From assembly GCA_026416455.1 (NCBI GenBank), contig JAOAFE010000003.1, positions 7,779 through 71,778 of the forward strand: DNA of 64,000 nucleotides. Direction: 5' to 3'. The position numbers and the translations under genes are program-made. Under the pieces are notes generated by a model, which was not told the origin of the DNA, ran no database searches, and worked only from the letters and a program-made list of their open reading frames with translations. This DNA comes from Syntrophales bacterium (lineage in GTDB: Bacteria; Desulfobacterota; Syntrophia; Syntrophales; UBA8958). Shown here piece after piece: positions 56,918 to 64,000 of this stretch (the first letter of the stretch is position 1; each line of letters begins with the position of its first letter).

Positions 56918-58253
56918 GTACATATGGCATCCCTGTTCGCAGATGAAGGATTACGAGGAGTTTCCTCCCATTATCATTTCCCATGGCCGAGGGGCCTATC
57001 TATTCGATCTCGAAGGGAAACCTTATCTCGATGCCATATCATCCTGGTGGGTAAACATCTTCGGACACGGAAATGAGCGCATAAACAGGGCCTTAAAAAG
57101 GCAAGTTGAAGAGTTAGAACATGTCATCTTTTCCCATTTTTCTCACCGACCTGCCATCGAATTGGCAGAAAAACTCATAAAAATAGCTCCCTCGGGGTTA
57201 AATAAAGTGTTTTTCGCCGATAACGGATCATCTGCCGTAGAGATCGCCCTTAAGATGAGTTTTCATTACCATCAACAGGTAGGGAATAGCAAAAGGACTC
57301 GATTTGCTGCTCTTTCCAACGCTTATCATGGGGAAACCCTGGGCGCCCTATCGGTTGGAGATATAGATCTCTACAGTCGCATCTACCGGCCCCTTCTTCT
57401 TAACACTCTGAAAATACCTGGACCTGACTGCTTCAGATGCCCCTGGGAAAAAGAAAGGACGAATTGTAATGTCGAATGTTTTTCGCGTGCTGAAGAATCG
57501 ATAAAAAAACATAGCCAAGAATTATGTGCCGTGATTATCGAACCCATTGTTCAGTGTGCCGCGGGAATGAAGATATACCCTGCCCGCTATTTGGAAAAAT
57601 TAAGATCCCTCTGTGATCGAGAAGGCATTCACCTCATAGCTGATGAAATTGCTGTGGGATTTGGACGCACGGGAAAGATGTTTGCCTGCGAACACGCTAA
57701 AATTTCTCCGGATATTATGTGCGTATCCAAAGGCATTACAGGAGGCTATTTGCCTCTTTCTGCCGTTCTCGTATCAGAAGACATATACCATGCATTTTAC
57801 GGAGACTACACAGAACTCAAAGCCTTTCTTCATAGCCATAGTTACACGGGAAATGCCCTCGCCTGCGCGTGCGCCGTAGAAACATTACTCATGTTTGAAG
57901 AGGAAGATGTTCTCGCACAAAACGAAAAAAAGGCCTACTTTATAGGTGAACTATGTAGGGAACGGGCAAAAAGCCACCCTTATATAGGCGAGTTCCGCCA
58001 AATAGGCATGATAGCTGCGATCGAATTAGTTTCAAACCGAGAAAGAAAGATTCCATTCGATTGGACCGAACGAGTAGGCTACAGGATCTATCGTCTTGCC
58101 CTTTCCAAAGGCGTCATTCTACGCCCTTTAGGCGATGTCTTATATTTCATGCCCCCGTACTGCATAGAAGAAAAAGACATAGAATTTATGATTGATACAG
58201 CTTTCTCTTCTATTGATGAGTATTTTCGCCTCCCAGGTAGGGGTCATCGGTAA
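56889..58253 (+). CDS. bioA: adenosylmethionine-8-amino-7-oxononanoate aminotransferase
   Basis: 454 aa. GTG start overlapping the bioF end by 29 nt. Motifs IWHPCSQM, ADEIAVGFGRTG and CVSKGITGGYLPLSA. Confidence 0.9.
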   Translation: MKDWQERDLKYIWHPCSQMKDYEEFPPIIISHGRGAYLFDLEGKPYLDAISSWWVNIFGHGNERINRALKRQVEELEHVIFSHFSHRPAIELAEKLIKIAPSGLNKVFFADNGSSAVEIALKMSFHYHQQVGNSKRTRFAALSNAYHGETLGALSVGDIDLYSRIYRPLLLNTLKIPGPDCFRCPWEKERTNCNVECFSRAEESIKKHSQELCAVIIEPIVQCAAGMKIYPARYLEKLRSLCDREGIHLIADEIAVGFGRTGKMFACEHAKISPDIMCVSKGITGGYLPLSAVLVSEDIYHAFYGDYTELKAFLHSHSYTGNALACACAVETLLMFEEEDVLAQNEKKAYFIGELCRERAKSHPYIGEFRQIGMIAAIELVSNRERKIPFDWTERVGYRIYRLALSKGVILRPLGDVLYFMPPYCIEEKDIEFMIDTAFSSIDEYFRLPGRGHR

Positions 58254-59202
58254 CCAAATAACATCTCACATAGTCGTGGACCGCTTCTTCTAAGGAGAAA
58301 AAAGAGAGGGGACACCCCGTTTCTCTTAATTTCTCCATCTGGGCCTCCGTAAAGTACTGGTATTGCTTCTCCAAGCCTGGTGGCATATCTACGTATTCAA
58401 TTACAGGCTCTCTTTCGAGGGCCGAAAATATGGCAAAGGCAAGATCATTCCATGTTCTTGCCTTTCCTGTTCCTAAATTGAAAATACCTGTCACCCTCTG
58501 ATTTTCGAGTAGCCATATCAGTACATTCACACAGTCCTTTACGTATACAAAGTCCCTCATCTGCCCACCATCTGCGTAATCAGCTCGATAGGACCGGAAC
58601 AATTTTACCTTTCCTTCCGATAAAATCTGGCCGACGGCCTTATGCACGACACTTCTCATCTCTCCCTTATGATATTCATTGGGACCAAAGACGTTAAAAA
58701 ATTTTATCCCTACAACCGACTGGATCAGACCCTGCTCCAAAACCCAAAGGTCGAAGACCTGTTTGGAGTAGCCGTACATATTGATGGGCTTTAAGGTCCG
58801 AGTAATCTCGTCCCGATCCGAAAAACCCTTCCGTCCATCACCATAGGTGGCAGCCGAACTGGCATAGATAAATCTAACACCCCGATCTAAAGCCCAACGG
58901 GCCAGATACTGGGAATATCGAACGTTATTTTCCCATAGATAGTCGGCATCTTTCTCCATGGTATTGGAACAGGCACCTAGGTGGACAACCGCCTCTACGG
59001 AAAAGGGGACGGCATTTTCTTTGATGAGACGTAAGAATTCGTCTTTGTGGTAATACTCCCGGTATTTTAACTTTACTAAGTTTTTCCATTTCTCTCCTTT
59101 TCCCAAGCGATCAACTAGGCATATATCCTCTATTCCCTCGCGGTTGAGACGCCAGGTAAGGGCACTCCCGATAAAACCTGCTCCACCCGTGACGACGATC
59201 AT
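58210..59202 (-). CDS. hldD: ADP-glyceromanno-heptose 6-epimerase
   Basis: 330 aa. Motifs MIVVTGGAGFIGS, YGYSK and NLGTG. Confidence 0.9.
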   Translation of the reverse strand: MIVVTGGAGFIGSALTWRLNREGIEDICLVDRLGKGEKWKNLVKLKYREYYHKDEFLRLIKENAVPFSVEAVVHLGACSNTMEKDADYLWENNVRYSQYLARWALDRGVRFIYASSAATYGDGRKGFSDRDEITRTLKPINMYGYSKQVFDLWVLEQGLIQSVVGIKFFNVFGPNEYHKGEMRSVVHKAVGQILSEGKVKLFRSYRADYADGGQMRDFVYVKDCVNVLIWLLENQRVTGIFNLGTGKARTWNDLAFAIFSALEREPVIEYVDMPPGLEKQYQYFTEAQMEKLRETGCPLSFFSLEEAVHDYVRCYLVTDDPYLGGENTHQ

Positions 59203-59217
59203 AGTATATCCTTCGTT

Positions 59218-60429
59218 TTAGATCTCTCTTTTGGCCTGAGCGATGGCCTGCTCAATGGTTTGCATGCGCTCCTCCGGCATGACAATGGAAATGGGCATAA
59301 AAAGCGTTCTCCCCAGCAGGTCTTCCGCGATTGGGATGCGGCTCCGATCGTAATCGGGCACTACACCTCGGTAGCCTGGATTGGTGAAAGGCCATTTCTG
59401 AGAATTAGCGGTTGACCAAGCAAGAAAATGTTCCCAATTGGGAACGTAGTGCCATTTGTTGTTTTTAAAACAGACCGTATCGCACCCTCCTTTTGCCAAG
59501 GCCTGTTGAAATGTCAGCGCCTTTTCCTCTGTGGGCAGGTTAAAAGCCAAAAAGGTGGCCGTATCTCCCTCGGGATCAACGAGTTCCCTAAATTTCAACC
59601 CCGGAACACTTCTCAACATCTCCTTGATTCTTGCCTTGTTCTTCCTCTGCTCCTGAATGATCCAATCTAATTTGCGTAATTGGGCCAGCCCTACCGCCCC
59701 CTGCAACTCATTCATACGAAAATTAAATCCCAAAATTGTCCTTCCCTCCATGGCTCGACTCACCCGTGGATCATGGTCATGCCCATGATCATGATACCAC
59801 TCCGCCCGATCGGCCAGAACTTTGTCGTTTGTGACCACTAATCCGCCTTCTCCGGTGGTTATAGTCTTGTAATAATCGAAACTGAAAATCCCCATGTGCC
59901 CAAAGGTACCCAACTTCTTACCTCTTACGGACCCTCCGCAACTTTGCGCATTATCCTCAAGCACCAGGAGACCTAAGGATTTTGCCTCTTGCACGATCTC
60001 TTCGATTCTGGCTCCTGCTCCACACATATGAACGGGAATGACAGCCTTGGTACGTGGAGTCAGGCAGGCTTTGATAGAGCTAGGATTAAGATTCAAAGTT
60101 TCATCAATATCTGCCATAACGGGGATGGCTCCAACCTCCAGTACTGCCTCATAAGTGGCAATGAAAGTGAAAGCGGGCACAATAACCTCGTCACCTGGGC
60201 AAATATCCATCGCCGTCAAAGCCACCTTTAAGGCGGCCGAACCGGAAGTCACCCCCAAGGCATACGAAACGCCCAAGTAACGAGAAAATTCCTCTTCCAG
60301 TTGACGTACCTTGAAAATCCCCTTTCTCTCCTTGTCAAAGCCGTACCTCATGAGCACTCCTGTCTCCAGGACTTCCAGTACCTCTCGCTTTTCTTCCTCA
60401 CCGATGACTTCGTATCCGGGCATTTTCAC
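59218..60429 (-). CDS. DegT/DnrJ/EryC1/StrS family PLP-dependent aminotransferase
   Basis: 403 aa. Motifs SGSAALKVAL, SFDYYKTITTGEGG (PLP Lys) and FNFRMNELQGAVGLAQL. The long C-terminal extension is like the glutamine:scyllo-inosose-type subfamily, from memory. Confidence 0.85.
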   Translation of the reverse strand: MKMPGYEVIGEEEKREVLEVLETGVLMRYGFDKERKGIFKVRQLEEEFSRYLGVSYALGVTSGSAALKVALTAMDICPGDEVIVPAFTFIATYEAVLEVGAIPVMADIDETLNLNPSSIKACLTPRTKAVIPVHMCGAGARIEEIVQEAKSLGLLVLEDNAQSCGGSVRGKKLGTFGHMGIFSFDYYKTITTGEGGLVVTNDKVLADRAEWYHDHGHDHDPRVSRAMEGRTILGFNFRMNELQGAVGLAQLRKLDWIIQEQRKNKARIKEMLRSVPGLKFRELVDPEGDTATFLAFNLPTEEKALTFQQALAKGGCDTVCFKNNKWHYVPNWEHFLAWSTANSQKWPFTNPGYRGVVPDYDRSRIPIAEDLLGRTLFMPISIVMPEERMQTIEQAIAQAKREI

Positions 60430-60456
60430 TCCTCCTGTTTGAATTGCTAATCATGA

Positions 60457-61614
60457 TTAATAAGCAGCGCGGTATATGTTTACGGCGTCTTCCAATTTTA
60501 CTTTTCTCGGGTTGTTTTGGAGAGGACGGACCACAGTCATAGCTGCCTCTGCCAATTCGGGAAAATCATCTTCCTTAACGCCTAAATCTTCTAAGGATGA
60601 ATTAATTCCACAATCCTCGATCAAATGATATACCGATTCTACCGCCATCTCCGCTGCTTCTCTTACGGAGATATCATCCGTTACCTCGCCCAAAAGAGCA
60701 GCAACATCGGCAAATTTTTCTAAGGCCGCCGGTAAGTTAAAGGCCATGACATGTGGGAGGAGGATGGTATTGGCCAGACCATGGGGAATCCCAAATTTGC
60801 CTCCCAAGGGATATGACAGGGAGTGCACCGCTGTAACCCCAGCATTTGCCAGTCCCAAACCAGCATACAGACTCGCCAACAGCATGGCAGAACGGGCCTC
60901 AAGATCCTTTCCATTGTGCACACAAGTTCTTAAATTTTCCCCGATTAGGGCAATGGCCTTTCGGGAAAAAATTTCACTCATGGGCGAAGCCTGAAGGGAG
61001 GTATAAGACTCCACAGCATGACAGAGGGCATCGATACCTGTCGTCGCTGTAACCTCGGGGGGAAGGCTGAGGGTTAGTTCCGGATCGAGAAGAGCCAGTT
61101 CCGGATACAGGTAGGGGCTATTCATACCCTCCTTCTTTTGCAAACTTTTGCGGCGAAAAACCGCTGTGAACGTAACCTCACTACCTGTGCCGGCTGTAGT
61201 GGGGATCATGATTTTAGGTAAACCGGGTTGAGGAATTTTATTCAAACCTAAGTATGCCTCACCCTTAACCCCATGAGGAGCCAATACGGATACTGCTTTC
61301 GCCAGGTCCATCGCACTGCCGCCCCCAATTCCTATTACTCCATCAGCCTTATGTCTGCGAGCAGCCTTAGCACACAGATCGGCGCTTTCTAAAGGAGGCT
61401 CCGCCTCCACCTGTTGAAATAGGTGATATTTGAAACCCCCAGTTCCCAATAACCTGTCGAAACGATCTTCCATGCCCAAACTGCACAAACTCGGATCCAT
61501 GACTATGTATGGACGAAACACCTTCAGCTCGAAAAGTAGCTCTGGCAATTGCTCCAATGATCCACACCCAAATACGATTTTTTTTGCTCCCGTGAAGGAA
61601 AACACCTTTCCCAT
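60457..61614 (-). CDS. iron-containing (group III) alcohol dehydrogenase
   Basis: 385 aa. Motif GIGGGSAMDLAKAV and His-rich metal site (HAVES, HSLSYPLGG...HG). Confidence 0.85.
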   Translation of the reverse strand: MGKVFSFTGAKKIVFGCGSLEQLPELLFELKVFRPYIVMDPSLCSLGMEDRFDRLLGTGGFKYHLFQQVEAEPPLESADLCAKAARRHKADGVIGIGGGSAMDLAKAVSVLAPHGVKGEAYLGLNKIPQPGLPKIMIPTTAGTGSEVTFTAVFRRKSLQKKEGMNSPYLYPELALLDPELTLSLPPEVTATTGIDALCHAVESYTSLQASPMSEIFSRKAIALIGENLRTCVHNGKDLEARSAMLLASLYAGLGLANAGVTAVHSLSYPLGGKFGIPHGLANTILLPHVMAFNLPAALEKFADVAALLGEVTDDISVREAAEMAVESVYHLIEDCGINSSLEDLGVKEDDFPELAEAAMTVVRPLQNNPRKVKLEDAVNIYRAAY

Positions 61615-61728
61615 CAGACTTTACTCCCGATTAATTATTTGCCAGCGATAATACATGAATAGGAGTGCAAGGAAAAGAGAAAATTAGTCACCTTGCCCGC
61701 CATCCCTTGCACATGATATGCAAGGCTC

Positions 61729-62475
61729 ATGAATCGTATTATTATCCAAATTTATGAAGTTCAGGACGCACAAGAGGCAGTCAGGTTGATTAAAGAAGGG
61801 GTTGATCACGTGGGAACAGTAATCCCCTCCCCCGCACTTGAGCTCTGGCCTCCCCTGAGAGAAACGGTTAAGGCCGTTCAATTAGGAGGCGCCAAGAGCT
61901 GTATCCTCCCTCTCTTCTCTGAACCAGCGGACATTTTTCACGCCCTTGCCTACTTTCAACCCGATTTCATCCACTTATGCGAAACCATATCTACCCACAC
62001 ACTTAACCTCCTAATCGACCTTCAAGAGGAAATAAAAGAAAAATTTCCTACGGTGGGTATCATGAGATCGATCGGTCTACCTCGGCCGGGTTTGGCGAAA
62101 AGGGAGTTATCGCAAGATTTCAAACTCATCGTTGATTCTTTTGCCTCGTGTACGGATTACTTCCTCCTTGATACATTAAAAGAAGGTTCCCAACCGGTAA
62201 ATGGCTTTATCGGCATTACCGGTGAAATATGTGATTGGTCTTTAGCCCGCAAATTCGTCGAAATTAGTCCTCGACCGGTCATTCTGGCTGGAGGATTGGG
62301 CCCAGATAATGTAGCTGAGGCCATCAAATACGTCCACCCCGCCGGGGTAGATAGTTGCAGTCGAACGAACGCCGTGGACGAAAGAGGCCGACCTCTTCGA
62401 TTTCGAAAAGATATTAAGTTGGTTTCTCTTTTTGTCCGCGAGGCGCGAAGAGTGGAAAAGCTACGGCGTCCCTGA
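61729..62475 (+). CDS. phosphoribosylanthranilate isomerase (TrpF)-like TIM-barrel protein, divergent
   Basis: 248 aa. The C-terminal PVILAGGLGPDNVAEAI...AGVDSCSRTN matches the PRAI phosphate-binding region. The N-terminal strand reads IQIYEV instead of K-I-C-G-I. Confidence 0.6.
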   Translation: MNRIIIQIYEVQDAQEAVRLIKEGVDHVGTVIPSPALELWPPLRETVKAVQLGGAKSCILPLFSEPADIFHALAYFQPDFIHLCETISTHTLNLLIDLQEEIKEKFPTVGIMRSIGLPRPGLAKRELSQDFKLIVDSFASCTDYFLLDTLKEGSQPVNGFIGITGEICDWSLARKFVEISPRPVILAGGLGPDNVAEAIKYVHPAGVDSCSRTNAVDERGRPLRFRKDIKLVSLFVREARRVEKLRRP

Positions 62476-62583
62476 AGAACTTTTGTTCAACCTTGCTTCC
62501 TTTGCCCTGGCTTTTAAACGTTTTTCTCGACGCCTCCTTCGGCGATCAAGTTCCTTTCTTCTCTCCTGCTTTTTATGGGCCAT
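62461..62583 (-). CDS. hypothetical 40-aa Arg/Lys-rich protein
   Basis: Below the ORF-track length cut-off. My translation is MAHKKQERRKELDRRRRRREKRLKARAKEARLNKSSSGTP*. GGGAGG SD 7 nt upstream and an extended -10 (TGATATAAT) about 25 nt upstream. Confidence 0.45.
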   Translation of the reverse strand: MAHKKQERRKELDRRRRRREKRLKARAKEARLNKSSSGTP

Positions 62584-62610
62584 GAAACGACCTCCCTTTT
62601 TTATTGTTTT

Positions 62611-62619
62611 ATTATATCA
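62611..62619 (-). promoter_or_regulatory. extended -10 element (TGATATAAT) upstream of the 40-aa ORF
   Basis: Perfect TATAAT preceded by TGn on the minus strand. No good -35. Confidence 0.4.
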
Positions 62620-62701
62620 CAATGGTCAATACGATCTTTGTCTTCCCAAGGCACGACCTTTTGCGGTAAAATGCAGATCAAACATGAAAGGAGGTAAAAA
62701 G

Positions 62702-63433
62702 ATGAAGTATCTTTGGGGATTAGCCGTATTTATGACCATTGTTCTAATTACATCCCCCATTCCAGCCTATGAGACGGACATAATTGAGACCCCTGAAGGG
62801 GCTATCAAAATTACCTTCATCGGGCACGCCTCACTGGTCATGGAATTCGAGGGAAAAATAATCCACATCGATCCCGTAGGCCAATACGGTGATTATGCCC
62901 GCCTGCCCAAGGCCGACCTGATATTAGTAACCCACGAACATTATGATCATTTTGACCCGCGCGTCATCAAAGACATAAGAAAAAAAGAGACCATCATTAT
63001 CGGCAATGGACACGTAACCCGCTCCATACCTGAGGCCGTCACCCTAAAAAATGGTGAAGAAAAAACCGTATGGGGATTTAATGTACTGGCCGTTCCTGCC
63101 TATAATATCGTTCACTTCCGGGCTCCCGGCGTTCCCTTCCATCCCAAAGGCGAGGGAAACGGCTATTTAATCTCTCTAGGAAAAACTAGGGTATACATAG
63201 CGGGCGACACGGAAAATGTTCCTGAAATGAAAAATCTCAAAGGGGTTGACATTGCCTTTCTCCCCATGAATCTTCCTTACACTATGACCCCAGAAATGGT
63301 CGCAGACGCTGTTCGTGCCTTTCGTCCACGTATCCTCTACCCTTATCATTATGGGGATACTAACATTTCACGCCTGGTTGAACTGTTAAAAGACGAAAAA
63401 GGCATCGAAATCCGCATAAGAAAAATGAAATAG
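62702..63433 (+). CDS. MBL-fold metallo-hydrolase with signal peptide
   Basis: ORF 62432..63433. ATG 62702 is preferred (AAAGGAGG SD, signal peptide MKYLWGLAVFMTIVLITSPIPAYE). Motif VTHEHYDHFD. Confidence 0.8.
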   Translation: MKYLWGLAVFMTIVLITSPIPAYETDIIETPEGAIKITFIGHASLVMEFEGKIIHIDPVGQYGDYARLPKADLILVTHEHYDHFDPRVIKDIRKKETIIIGNGHVTRSIPEAVTLKNGEEKTVWGFNVLAVPAYNIVHFRAPGVPFHPKGEGNGYLISLGKTRVYIAGDTENVPEMKNLKGVDIAFLPMNLPYTMTPEMVADAVRAFRPRILYPYHYGDTNISRLVELLKDEKGIEIRIRKMK

Positions 63434-63436
63434 GGA

Positions 63437-64000
63437 ATGACAAAAGTGAAAGATAAACCGCGCCTCGTTTTCATGGGCACACCCCAATTTGCATTGCCCA
63501 GTTTAATAAGTTTAATAGAAGCGGGGTATCCAATCCTCGCCGTTGTAACCCAGCCTGACAAACCGCAGGGGCGAGGTAGAAAATTGACTCCCCCACCGGT
63601 AAAAACATCTGCTTTAGCCCACGGTCTCAAAGTTCTTCAGCCGGAGAAAGTGAGAGAACAAGCTTTTTTGGAGGAATTTAATCACTTAAAACCGGACTTG
63701 GTTGTAGTCGCATCTTTCGGACAAATTTTACCTCCCCCAATCATCCACGCTCCCCCCTATGGGTGTATCAACGTGCATCCCTCACTCCTCCCACGCCACC
63801 GTGGTCCTGCGCCTATCAACTGGACTCTGCTTTTAGGAGACGACGTCACGGGCATTACGATCATGTTAATGGACGAGGGGGTAGATACGGGCCCCATCTT
63901 AAGGCAGAGAGAAATCCCGGTCGAGCCAGATGAAACTTACGATCACCTGCATGATCGTCTGGCCATCCTCGGCGCCGATCTCCTGGTCGAAACCATTAAT
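63437..64000 (+). CDS. fmt: methionyl-tRNA formyltransferase (N-terminal 188 aa; continues past window end)
   Basis: Absent from the ORF track (no stop in window). My translation is MTKVKDKPRLVFMGTPQFALPSL...QPDKPQGRGRKL...NVHPSLLPRHRGPAPI. Confidence 0.9.
   Translation, partial: MTKVKDKPRLVFMGTPQFALPSLISLIEAGYPILAVVTQPDKPQGRGRKLTPPPVKTSALAHGLKVLQPEKVREQAFLEEFNHLKPDLVVVASFGQILPPPIIHAPPYGCINVHPSLLPRHRGPAPINWTLLLGDDVTGITIMLMDEGVDTGPILRQREIPVEPDETYDHLHDRLAILGADLLVETIN

Noticed and set aside
1-64000. Scan for CRISPR arrays, IS elements or integrases at the tRNA genes, toxin-antitoxin pairs, known defence genes and in-frame TGA selenoprotein genes
   Set aside because: None seen. Both tRNA flanks are ordinary genes, no ORF pair is split by a single TGA, and no repeat-spacer periodicity was noticed. 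A by-eye scan cannot exclude short or degenerate repeats.

Overview
The window is a dense chromosomal segment (about 95% coding) of mostly housekeeping genes. The gene content suggests a Gram-negative anaerobe: lgt, a SurA-like PPIase, LPS-heptose genes hldC/hldD, rubrerythrin, radical SAM, Fe-ADH and tRNA-Sec. I call 62 CDS, two of which run off the window edges and are absent from the ORF track. I also call 2 tRNAs (selC/tRNA-Sec and tRNA-Glu-UUC), one TPP riboswitch with a terminator-type expression platform upstream of thiC, several intrinsic terminators and a few sigma70-like promoters. Functional blocks are: DNA repair and replication (mfd, uvrA, priA, xth); thiamine (thiC, thiD, thiamine pyrophosphokinase); biotin (bioD-bioF-bioA); and two incomplete ABC importers (livHMGF without a binding protein, oppBC-like permeases without ATPase or binding protein). 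ADP-heptose genes, tkt, trxB, lgt and fmt are also present. I saw no transposases, integrases, CRISPR arrays, toxin-antitoxin pairs or recognisable defence islands, and no in-frame TGA suggesting a selenoprotein gene. I did not find a convincing self-contained novel multi-gene system. The best leads are as follows. (1) selC is wedged 12 nt after moeA and 36 nt before a PflX-like radical SAM gene. (2) That radical SAM ORF carries an apparent twin-arginine signal peptide. (3) Three small, well-signalled unrecognised ORFs: a secreted K/E/A-repeat protein, a 40-aa Arg/Lys-rich protein and a 65-aa operon-leading ORF. (4) A minus-strand terminator-like hairpin would make the opp-like operon 3' UTR antisense to the K/E/A gene. 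(5) xth, a DUF484-like gene and a Ski2-like helicase form a translationally coupled trio. (6) A TrpF-like paralogue lacks the usual N-terminal Cys motif and sits behind a repeated TGCAAGG motif. All protein calls rest on motif recognition by eye. No BLAST, HMM or folding programs were run.
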